Assembly (NCBI GenBank): GCA_044345055.1
Contig: JBIJBT010000004.1
Location: 1 to 58,314, forward strand
Reading direction: 5' to 3'
Source: Bdellovibrionota bacterium
Lineage (GTDB): Bacteria; Bdellovibrionota_C; UBA2361; OMIW01
Length of the DNA: 58,314 bases
Shown piece after piece: positions 30,177 through 38,579 of the stretch (the first letter of the stretch is position 1; each line of letters opens with the position of its first letter). The translations under genes and the position numbers were made by a program. The notes under the pieces were generated by a model, which saw only the letters and a list, made by a program, of their open reading frames with translations, did no database searches and was not told where the DNA came from.

Positions 30177-31049
30177 CTATCGCATCAATTCACGAATAGC
30201 CCTCAGTGCTGCGTCGATATCGTAGAATTTTTGCTGATGAATCTTCGAAATTTCGGAGTTAAAGGGCGTTTCAAACTCGGCTCGGGTGTATCGCGTGAGA
30301 GCTTCTTTGAAGGGTTGTTGAAGATATTCTTCGAGTTGTGGAGGAACAATATCGAGCAGCCGTTCTACGGCGTAGGCGGTTAGAGGTTCATAAAGATTTT
30401 TTAGCTCCTCTATGCGCGAATTTATCGTCAGTTTGAGTTTCTTGGACTCTTCTACAAGATGATTAGCAAGAGCCTCTGTAGATTTCCGTTTTAATGCAGT
30501 GGTTAAATTTTCCGATAAATTGATCCTAACGATTCTCGCCCCTTCGTCATCAATCCTCTCCCAGAACGGCTCGATTATCGATTTATCTATTCCTAATCCC
30601 GTATCGCGGATGACTTTCGATAGTTCATATGATCCGATGCAAAGGGCCGACTGACAGAGCAGGATGCCACAGAAAGCATCTTTGGTAAGGGATGCTGATT
30701 CATGGCTGAGCGCCACGTGTTCTGGAACTGTGGACTCGACCGCAGCAAAAACCACCTCTAACCTTTTCCGTAATTCCTCTTCACCCGCATCAAAACAGGG
30801 TGAGAAAAAGTCATAGATTTCCTGAACCGCTTTGTGGCGTGGTTGAGTTGAAAAAAGCCTAACTAGACCCTGAAGGCTTACATTACCAAATCCCTCAAGC
30901 TCGTCACAAAAGCGAGTAATCGACAGCTCAAGAACAAGCTTTTGAGCTCGCATCGGATCCGATTTAAGGAAGAGGGAAAATTCCTGGGTGAGCGGTCCAG
31001 TATCATTATTTTCGTCCGGGCCCGGTGTTGGCTGAGGATCGATTCCCAT
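30177..31049 (-). CDS. Hypothetical helical protein
   Basis: 290 codons; AAGGAG upstream of the start. Confidence 0.7.
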   Translation of the reverse strand: MGIDPQPTPGPDENNDTGPLTQEFSLFLKSDPMRAQKLVLELSITRFCDELEGFGNVSLQGLVRLFSTQPRHKAVQEIYDFFSPCFDAGEEELRKRLEVVFAAVESTVPEHVALSHESASLTKDAFCGILLCQSALCIGSYELSKVIRDTGLGIDKSIIEPFWERIDDEGARIVRINLSENLTTALKRKSTEALANHLVEESKKLKLTINSRIEELKNLYEPLTAYAVERLLDIVPPQLEEYLQQPFKEALTRYTRAEFETPFNSEISKIHQQKFYDIDAALRAIRELMR

Positions 31050-31250
31050 TAAGTGGCATCTCCTTTGGGCTGTAGTTTAAAGACGGAAATAGCTTGTCAG
31101 CATTGAAAATGGTTAATCAGTTTAAAAGTAGTTAATGCTACTTAGAGCTTTAGTGCGCAACTAAAACGAATGCGAAACCCTTAAAAAATACCCGATGACC
31201 GTAGCAGTGATCCTAATTCCGTGCAATCCGCCACTAACAGCAATACGATT

Positions 31251-31670
31251 TTATCCGTTCTGCTCCGAGATGTCGGAAGAAAACACACTCTTTATGGCGT
31301 TCACGCAAAGATCAACCTCTGCTAATTGCTTCTGCACAATCTGACTGAGGGTATCGAGAAAATAATCCTCGAGAGAGTCGGAAAGCTCATTTTTTAGAGT
31401 ATTGCTGAAGCTAACGGTTCTCTCCGGCGCGAGCTTTTTGAGTTCATCGACGGCATCAGATACTAGAGAGGGGAAATGTGTTTGAAGAAGGTATGCCCAT
31501 TTATAAATGTGTGCCTTCACCTCTTCAGCCGCAGCCTCGAAATCAGCTACCCGCTGACTGTCGGCCTCCTTTGATCGAAAAGATGAGGTAGGGATGTTCT
31601 TCTCTGCAAGATCCCGATATTGAAGCTGGCTGTGAGTTTTTAGTAAAAATTTGTCGACGTGATCTGCTAT
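31251..31670 (-). pseudogene. 5'-truncated hypothetical gene, probable paralog of 30177-31049
   Basis: Frame stays open from the stop at 31251 up to the IS end at 31671; C-terminus weakly aligns with the neighbouring ORF. Confidence 0.65.
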
Positions 31671-31694
31671 ACTTGAGAGTCGGGAGTTCTCCCC

Positions 31695-32009
31695 CTAATC
31701 ATCGTCCTCTTTTTCGGTTAGTTTAGCCTGTTCGATTGCGAGGTCAATCCACTCATCTACGAGTTGCTTGAACCTCTTGAACTCCGCAACCTGAGCTTGA
31801 GTCTGCTCTACTTTCCCTGCCCTGACGTATTCGGTTCTACTTCTCATTTTGTGAGTGTAGCTCAACTGCCAGTACTCATAGACCTTGTCGCTCTTTGAGC
31901 TTCGATTCATCTGCTTTGTGAGCGAACCGGGTCGCATCATTCCTACCTCCATAAGAAGCTTTTTTATTGTGTCGATACGATTTTGGATTGTGCGAAGTTG
32001 TTTTTTCAT
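31695..32009 (-). CDS. IS-borne small basic protein (DUF6788-like)
   Basis: MKKQL...MRPGSL...YWQLSYTHKMRSRTEYV...FKRFKQLVDEWIDL; lies inside the IS IRs. Confidence 0.75.
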   Translation of the reverse strand: MKKQLRTIQNRIDTIKKLLMEVGMMRPGSLTKQMNRSSKSDKVYEYWQLSYTHKMRSRTEYVRAGKVEQTQAQVAEFKRFKQLVDEWIDLAIEQAKLTEKEDDD

Positions 32010-32045
32010 ACACCGTAGCATGCATATGCTACGGTGTATTGTCAA
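32008..32045 (-). promoter_or_regulatory. Perfect 14-bp palindrome overlapping a sigma70-like promoter between divergent IS genes
   Basis: ATACACCGTAGCAT-GCAT-ATGCTACGGTGTAT (32008-32039); minus strand reads TTGACA-17 nt-CATGCT-7 nt-ATG. Confidence 0.6.
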
Positions 32046-32052
32046 GGGTAAT

Positions 32053-33450
32053 ATGGCAATCTGGAAAGAAATTTTCGCGATCATTCACGAGCTGCGTTCT
32101 GCCTTCAGTCGAAGGCAAACGTTCCTTTGGTTCTCAGTGGTGATAATTGGATTTCTCACACGCTCCGATATTGCAGGTGCAACAAGTTTTATCAGAGCTC
32201 TCTCTATCGGACCCAATTCATATGGTCCCATTCTGGCGTTTTTTGGCAGCAGTGGAGTTCATCTCGATACACTGGCAGCCTGCTGGATGAAGGTCATACT
32301 TCGCCTATTTCCACTCATTAGGGTCAACGAACGAATCATTCTGATCGCAGATGGTATAAAGGTGCCCAAAGAGGGTAGAAAAATGCCCGGCGTAAAATCA
32401 CTCCATCAGGAATCACAATCAAACTCCAAGCCAGAATACATAATGGGGCATTCCATACAGGTCCTCTCTGTTCTGGCAGGAACTATGGCTCACTCTTTTG
32501 CTGTCCCCATTATCGCAAAAATTCATGAAGGCATCGTTCGGTCAAATCGATACAAAAAAACACTCCCACAAAAACTCCTCGATATGATCGGAAGCTTGTC
32601 CCTTCAGGTCCCCCACTATCTGATCGCAGATGCCTATTATGCAGGTGGTGCTTTCTCCAACTACTCACTCAAAGTCAGCAATCACTTCATCACAAGAGTC
32701 CGAACTAATTCTGTCGCTTACAAATCTCCTCTTCAAAAGGAGAAAAAATCTAGGGGAAGACCAAAGAAATACGGAGAAAAAGTCGTATTGCATCAACTCT
32801 TCAACGACACATCATCCTTTACCTCCGCCTTGAGCACCGCTTATAACGACAAGCAGCAAAAGATCAAATACTGCGTTCAAGATCTCTGGTGGAAACCAGC
32901 AGAAAAAATAATGCGATTCGTGCTCGTCTCTCACCCACTCAGAGGAAACATCATCCTGATGTCCACGGAGATATCTCTCGATCCGCTCACAATTTATAGC
33001 CTCTATGCACTCCGTTTCAAAATAGAGGTCTCATTCAAGGCGGCAACTCACTCCGTCGGCGTATTCGACTACCACTTCTGGAGCGCTGCCATGAAGAAAA
33101 TATCGCGAGGCTCAGGAGATCAGTACCTACATAAAAAATCCGAGACTGAAAGAAAAAACATCTTACAAAAATTCAACTCCTATCATGTCTTCATTCAAAC
33201 AGGACTCATCGCTCAGGGTATACTGCAGTACATCGCAATCACTCAAACCTCTCTCGTCTGGCGCTCTTTCGGGTCCTGGCTCAGAACAATCAGACCAGGC
33301 GTACACCCATCAGAGGCTGTAGTAAAGCTCGCTCTCGCAAACACATATCCACAATTTCTCGCTGACACTACTCAAACTCATGATGCAGCAAAATTCATCC
33401 GTCAACGCATCAACCTAAACAACTCACACAGACTCTCCCTGACCGGATAG
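32053..33450 (+). CDS. DDE transposase (IS4/IS701 superfamily)
   Basis: IADGIK (D), IADAYY (D), YALRFKIEVSFK (YREK-like E), RGRPKKYGEK. Confidence 0.9.
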   Translation: MAIWKEIFAIIHELRSAFSRRQTFLWFSVVIIGFLTRSDIAGATSFIRALSIGPNSYGPILAFFGSSGVHLDTLAACWMKVILRLFPLIRVNERIILIADGIKVPKEGRKMPGVKSLHQESQSNSKPEYIMGHSIQVLSVLAGTMAHSFAVPIIAKIHEGIVRSNRYKKTLPQKLLDMIGSLSLQVPHYLIADAYYAGGAFSNYSLKVSNHFITRVRTNSVAYKSPLQKEKKSRGRPKKYGEKVVLHQLFNDTSSFTSALSTAYNDKQQKIKYCVQDLWWKPAEKIMRFVLVSHPLRGNIILMSTEISLDPLTIYSLYALRFKIEVSFKAATHSVGVFDYHFWSAAMKKISRGSGDQYLHKKSETERKNILQKFNSYHVFIQTGLIAQGILQYIAITQTSLVWRSFGSWLRTIRPGVHPSEAVVKLALANTYPQFLADTTQTHDAAKFIRQRINLNNSHRLSLTG

Positions 33451-33607
33451 TCAAATTCCTCTCATTTTAAACCTTTTTAACCCAAAAAAGCGGCACTCTA
33501 ATCCGCGCCGATTGATCAACTATTGTGGGAAGACAACTCCTAACTCTCAAGTCCTTTAACTTAGCAAAAAGGCATCAAGTTAGATCGGTATCGTCATACT
33601 GAAAGCC

Positions 33608-34573
33608 TCACGATTCTTCGGGAGATCTTTGCTCGAGCTCCCGAAGACGTTTAAGAGCCTCAGCTAATTTTTGTTCATTTTCGTCAGCTCGTTTTTTCGC
33701 ATGCTCTTCTCGTCGTAGCGCGTCCTCTGCTCGCTGTTTTTCCAGCTCTTCTCGTCGAAGCGCGTCCTCTGCTCGCTGTTTTTCGGCCTCTGCGTTTTTC
33801 TTTTCCTGCTCCGCTCTCTCTCGATGCTTCTGAATTTCGCGATCTTTATCCTCAAGCTCAAGAACAATATCGTCCTCAACATCCATCGCGCCCCGAATGT
33901 TTTGATCTTCTATCGCTCTTCGGAGTCGATCTAAAAGAAGGTGATGCTGTTGTGGTATCTGGTCTTCATGAATAGAAAGTGTGTGTTTATCTTCGATAGC
34001 GTTTGATTGATCGAAGAAAAGAAGAAGCTTTTCAAGTTCTGTTCGTCGTTTTTCTTTTAGGTGAGGTATCTGAATAATAAAGCTATTGTGAGTAAGACAC
34101 TCGATGAACTGGACCTTTTTGGTAAATCGCTCTCCAGTCGCGATATCGATGCATTCACGATTTACTTTTATTACGGGAGCATTAAGCTCAGAGATCGCTT
34201 CACCCAAGAAGTAGATGGTGATTATCGGAATAGGAACAGTTCTTCCAGTTTTTGGATCGGTTGTTTGGTTTTCTCTATTTGCGTAGTGGTTTCCGAGGTA
34301 TCTTCGAAATCTGAAAAGATCCTGCGCGAACTTTGCTTTCTGTAGCTCGATAAGAACAAGCTGCTCTCCCGAACCTGAACGAATCTTTGCCGAGAAATCG
34401 ATCCGGTACACAGTAACGGGGGGCCTCTCAAGCTCAATAGAGTGCTCGGTAGGTTGAATATTAATATCTAAAATCTCTTCATCGAGAATCGTTGAAAGCA
34501 ACAGCTTTGCAACCCTCTTATCCTCAAGGAGATACTTGAATACAGCGTCGTAAATTGGGTTTGCTATCTTCAT
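33608..34573 (-). CDS. Rpn-like PD-(D/E)XK nuclease family protein with coiled-coil tail
   Basis: IANPIYDAVFKYLL, RIDF, LIELQK, RFRRY; charged coiled-coil C-terminus. Confidence 0.85.
   Translation of the reverse strand: MKIANPIYDAVFKYLLEDKRVAKLLLSTILDEEILDINIQPTEHSIELERPPVTVYRIDFSAKIRSGSGEQLVLIELQKAKFAQDLFRFRRYLGNHYANRENQTTDPKTGRTVPIPIITIYFLGEAISELNAPVIKVNRECIDIATGERFTKKVQFIECLTHNSFIIQIPHLKEKRRTELEKLLLFFDQSNAIEDKHTLSIHEDQIPQQHHLLLDRLRRAIEDQNIRGAMDVEDDIVLELEDKDREIQKHRERAEQEKKNAEAEKQRAEDALRREELEKQRAEDALRREEHAKKRADENEQKLAEALKRLRELEQRSPEES
33703..33784. repeat. In-frame 42-bp-period tandem duplication (EKQRAEDALRREE x2)
   Basis: 40-bp copies at 33703-33742 and 33745-33784 with one mismatch. 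Confidence 0.9.
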
Positions 34574-34692
34574 GGTCTTTTTAGGGGCTCGCGGTGTGTC
34601 GTTAGCTCGTAATAAGCTCTTTATATTCTAGCTTTTTTCTAGCACCACAAGTGTCTGCCAAAGACGACCTTTTTGCAAGCTCGAGATATATA

Positions 34693-36228
34693 TTAGGATA
34701 TTTTAGAGCCGTTAGTAACAGTCAAGAGACTCGCATTTTCACATGACAGTTTTTTCACAACAGCCTCAGCCTTTTTTTCTCCGACAACGATAACATAAGT
34801 ACTCAAAGCATCAGCGATAGCAGCTGAATCGCAGAATAATGTGGCGTTACGGAGAGTATTTACCGTCTCATTCGTTCGAGGATCAACGATATGGGGATGG
34901 GATTCGGATGGACTATCGGCTATTGCGAAAGATGAAGACGTTGAGGCTGCTCGATCTCGAAGAAATATCGGCGGCTGGTCGCGATTCTCTATGACCAATC
35001 GCCACCCCTCAGTGCGCTCAGGCGAACCGATCGCAAGAAACGAGCTACCACCAAAATCAAAGAGCGCACACGATATTCCAAGTTCTCTGACAACCGGCAC
35101 TACTTCGTCAAGAGCGAATCCCTTACCAATGCCCCCCGTATCAATAGTAGCTCCCGCTTCCGGAAGAAACGCGCGCCCTGCTTCAAGATGAACGAATGGA
35201 CGAGACAATCTCTTATTATCGGCTATCAGGCCTGCTGCCCGTGAACCTGCTGCTCTAGCCGTCCGATAGGTAATATCAAAAACACCATCCGTCTCCTGCC
35301 ACATCAAGAGAGAGAGCCGAAGAAATCGCTCGGTATCAGCACTAATCCTTTCTGCTCGTTTTCCCGAACTTGCGATGATACGCGAAACCTCACTCGATGG
35401 ACGCCACTCGCTAATATGCTCCTCAACCTCTTCCACCTTTTTAAAGATTCGATCGAAGATCTGTTGCGTATCTTTAGTAGGTGTCCGACATAAAGATATA
35501 GAGAGGATAGTTCCCATCGCTGGACGACTCTGAACAATAACCTCTTCGAGATTTGGAGCTGAAACTTTAACTGGCGATTGATCGCTGAGATTCGTCTCAG
35601 CTTTCGCTGGATGTAACACACCGGTCACAACAAATAGGAGCGGTATAAGCGCGCTTAATCCACTTCCAGCTCCTCCACTATTTTCTGTTCCGCGCTGCTT
35701 TGTTCGTCGCGCCTCAGCAGCGGCTGTTGCTGCTTCATCCTGATAGGACAATTTATTCTTTGCTCGAAGCGCTTTAATAATAAATACTAAAACGAGCGCA
35801 GTGCTGAGCTGAAGAGATAGGAATGAACCAATTTTCACAAGAGAGAACAGGGGATGAACGTATCGAACTAACCAACCCGAGGTAGATTCGATAAAGCCGG
35901 AAGCAAGGACTGCTGCAGAGAGCGCAGCTTTGCGTCGATCTGAACCAGGAACAAAAAGAAGAAGATGAGTAAGGGTAACAAGTAACACACCCATCGCAAA
36001 AAGATGAACATGGGTGAGCTCAAGGAGGCTTTGATAACTTTGGGGAGGCATGAACAGCGCCTCATCTCCGCGGTAATACCGAATTACCGAGAGAGGTGTC
36101 AGATCCATGTGAAGAAAATAGAGAAGCGCACTGGTGAGCCAAAACCCTGCCACATAAAACGAGAAGAAAACCATTATCAATCGCATCACTCGATGACGAT
36201 TCCACTCTCCTGTGATGAGATACCGCAT
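34693..36228 (-). CDS. apbE: Fusion: His-containing multi-TM membrane domain + ApbE FAD:protein FMN transferase
   Basis: C-terminal AMGT, SEVSRI, TDGVFDIT, IDTGGIGKGFALD, HIVDPRT, ADALST; N-terminal ~155 aa has about four hydrophobic helices with LTHVHLF and LTHLL. Confidence 0.85.
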   Translation of the reverse strand: MRYLITGEWNRHRVMRLIMVFFSFYVAGFWLTSALLYFLHMDLTPLSVIRYYRGDEALFMPPQSYQSLLELTHVHLFAMGVLLVTLTHLLLFVPGSDRRKAALSAAVLASGFIESTSGWLVRYVHPLFSLVKIGSFLSLQLSTALVLVFIIKALRAKNKLSYQDEAATAAAEARRTKQRGTENSGGAGSGLSALIPLLFVVTGVLHPAKAETNLSDQSPVKVSAPNLEEVIVQSRPAMGTILSISLCRTPTKDTQQIFDRIFKKVEEVEEHISEWRPSSEVSRIIASSGKRAERISADTERFLRLSLLMWQETDGVFDITYRTARAAGSRAAGLIADNKRLSRPFVHLEAGRAFLPEAGATIDTGGIGKGFALDEVVPVVRELGISCALFDFGGSSFLAIGSPERTEGWRLVIENRDQPPIFLRDRAASTSSSFAIADSPSESHPHIVDPRTNETVNTLRNATLFCDSAAIADALSTYVIVVGEKKAEAVVKKLSCENASLLTVTNGSKIS

Positions 36229-36278
36229 ACATACCTTCTTCAGAGATACCGATAGTTCATCAACTACTTCGACATGTT

Positions 36279-36824
36279 CTAGTCAGTCGTAAAAAGCGGG
36301 AAAATGGCCTGCATCCGGCGAACAGAACCAGTAATGGCTTGAACCGAAAGGGTTGAGCCCATTACGCCTGCCACATCTTTTCCAGGAATAAGTGGCTCAT
36401 CCCGCTTTTTACCCCGAAATTGATTAAACCATCCCTCAGTCGGGATGTACTCAGGTGGCTCGTTAAACGCGAGAACGAAAACATCTTTGAGCACCCCGTC
36501 GGGAGAAAATACGGACATGAATACTGCCTGATGGGTGCGCACTACACCGGTATCTATCGTCGCGATACCCAAGAATTGAGTATCGCGATACCCGACAAAG
36601 TAAGTCACGATGCCGGGCTTGAGTCGCAGCTGCTCAGCCCGTTCGATTGCTCCAATTTTCTCAGCGGTTAGTACAAGAGAGCGCCTCCGCACAGAGGTCG
36701 AGTCAGGAAAAGCTCGATGGAGAGCCTCGTCTTGCGCCATCAACACCTGAGCATGAACTGGGGTTACCAGCCCCCCGAATAACGCAACCACGAAGGTAAG
36801 CGTTAACCATCTGATATGGCCCAT
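36279..36824 (-). CDS. Periplasmic FMN-binding (flavinylated) domain protein
   Basis: GGAGG SD before ATG 36824; signal peptide ending VHA; FNEPPEY...WFNQFRGK...DVAGVMGSTLS. Confidence 0.8.
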   Translation of the reverse strand: MGHIRWLTLTFVVALFGGLVTPVHAQVLMAQDEALHRAFPDSTSVRRRSLVLTAEKIGAIERAEQLRLKPGIVTYFVGYRDTQFLGIATIDTGVVRTHQAVFMSVFSPDGVLKDVFVLAFNEPPEYIPTEGWFNQFRGKKRDEPLIPGKDVAGVMGSTLSVQAITGSVRRMQAIFPLFTTD

Positions 36825-36865
36825 AAACCGTACCTCCGCTGAGCATCTCTCAGTAAGCAACCACA

Positions 36866-38269
36866 TTACAGCGCGAACCCGACTCCAAGATACACACTGT
36901 CGGCACCGTCGGTTGGTCCATCGAGCTCAAAGTCTCGATATTCCGCCTTGAGCGCCACCTGGCTTATCGGTTTATAGGTAAGGCCGAGCGAACGTATAGA
37001 CCGTCGCTGCGATGGATCTCGTACGAACCCAGCTGGAACTGATGCTTGGGTATCAATACTTTCGTAGCGAACAAACGGGGCGAGGTAATGCCCACCGGTA
37101 TCACCGAAGAGAGGAAGCACATCATAGGCTGCTTCCAAATACCATCCATTCTGCCGATCTCCTATCGTTTGGTTGAGAGCCTGACTGAGCGGTCCAGAAT
37201 CATCGAGCGCCGTCCAAACTCCAAGAGCGCGAAGTTCGAGAGATGAAACCCGATACTGAGCGTGTCCCTCCATCATCAAGGTCCTTACATTCGGGGAAAT
37301 TCCGGCAATTTCATCATCCTGACCTGAATTTCCAATGTACCACGATGTACCAACAAGCAAACCAGGTACAGCAGAGCCGGGCGTATAATCAACTCGCCCA
37401 ACCCACGCAGCATCCTCCGCTATCGCCTCGATCCCCGACTGTCTGCCACCACGAATACCAGCCGAAGTAAAGCCGCTTGCTCTCATACCGTTGACGAGAT
37501 AGGTCCGATATTCGAGTTCAGAACCAAATTTACCAAATGCGCCTACACCAATTTCACGCCACGTCGTCGGAATAAGACTTCTCTCAAGCTCCGGTCTCTG
37601 AACTCCATGAAAAAAAGCGGGCTCATGAATTTCGTTAATGAAACCGATCGGTATAAGGACTAATCCGGTCCTCACGTTTGCCTCGGGTCTGAAAAACATA
37701 TCGAGATAGGAAAACTCAACCGATACTGAGCCGTCCTCACCTGAAGCACCCGACGCCGTACTTCCGTGCTCGAACTCGATCTCGGTGTTCATTAATATCC
37801 AATCGTTGAATCGGTATCCAGCGTATCCGACTGCCCGCAGCGCATCAGCGCGATCGCGCTTTGCCCCCGCATCACGAACGAAATCCTGATAATAGAGCTC
37901 CCCGTACCCAGCCAGAGAAATACCTTGGTCAACACGGTAAACACTCGAAGCGCTCGGCCCGAATCCGTACTCAGATTTCAGCTCTTTTTTTTCAGGGACA
38001 AGTCGACGAACTTTTGACTCGGCAACTTCATCAGCCAGCACAGAGGTTTTCTCATGTTCCTCCCTGACCCGAGATTCAAGTTCTTCAACTCTTGCCTTGA
38101 GAGCGTTGAGCTCTGCGAGGGTATCTGCCGATGCAGAGCTAAGAGGAAATAGAGCACACGCGCCGCAGAAAGCTGCCATTCCAAGAGATAACCATCCAAA
38201 TCGTCTCTCTGAGAATTGACCGTCTGCTTCAGATTCTGCATTCAATAACCGTTTGACCACCGATCCCAT
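36866..38269 (-). CDS. Outer membrane porin with N-terminal coiled coil
   Basis: Signal peptide, coiled coil, GYGELYY, EIEFEHG, GFINEIHEP, IPTTWRE, C-terminal beta-signal-like YLGVGFAL. Confidence 0.8.
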   Translation of the reverse strand: MGSVVKRLLNAESEADGQFSERRFGWLSLGMAAFCGACALFPLSSASADTLAELNALKARVEELESRVREEHEKTSVLADEVAESKVRRLVPEKKELKSEYGFGPSASSVYRVDQGISLAGYGELYYQDFVRDAGAKRDRADALRAVGYAGYRFNDWILMNTEIEFEHGSTASGASGEDGSVSVEFSYLDMFFRPEANVRTGLVLIPIGFINEIHEPAFFHGVQRPELERSLIPTTWREIGVGAFGKFGSELEYRTYLVNGMRASGFTSAGIRGGRQSGIEAIAEDAAWVGRVDYTPGSAVPGLLVGTSWYIGNSGQDDEIAGISPNVRTLMMEGHAQYRVSSLELRALGVWTALDDSGPLSQALNQTIGDRQNGWYLEAAYDVLPLFGDTGGHYLAPFVRYESIDTQASVPAGFVRDPSQRRSIRSLGLTYKPISQVALKAEYRDFELDGPTDGADSVYLGVGFAL

Positions 38270-38301
38270 CTTCTTTTCTGCTCCCTTCTTACGACAATAC
38301 C

Positions 38302-38334
38302 TCCCTTATGATGGCATAGACCCATCATAAGGGA
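38302..38334 (-). promoter_or_regulatory. 13-bp perfect hairpin in the leader of the porin operon
   Basis: TCCCTTATGATGG-7 nt-CCATCATAAGGGA; no U-tract follows. Confidence 0.6.
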
Positions 38335-38579
38335 ACGAATCCACCCACAGCTTTGGCTACCCAAAATACTGCATGGCATAGCATGGAGCGATTAGGTAAC
38401 ACATAGTCACCCTCCAAAGCAAGGGCTAGTCAAGCCTTCGATGCAATCTTTCAATAAAGCGCACACATCATTGAAACATAGTATCCATAAGGATACTCTT
38501 ATCCTCGCGACTGGTGAGGAACTAAACCAGCCCCGACCTTTTATCTCCTCCTCAATCTTCTCAATGGGAGCTCAATCAG

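Larger units (their letters stand above)
31671..33552. mobile_element. Insertion sequence, IS4/IS701-like, about 1.88 kb
   Basis: Terminal IRs ACTTGAGAGTCGGGAGTT (31671-31688) and the reverse complement ACTTGAGAGTTAGGAGTT (33535-33552), 16/18 identical; encloses a DDE transposase and a small divergent ORF; no target duplication. Confidence 0.85.

Noticed and set aside
31885..32052. N-terminal extension of the transposase in the ORF track
   Set aside because: It overlaps the divergent small gene and the palindrome; ATG 32053 is the more plausible start.
34670..34705. dif-like site (GAGATATATATTAGGA)
   Set aside because: It lacks a XerD arm of the TTATGT(T/A)AA type; only the AT-rich centre resembles dif.
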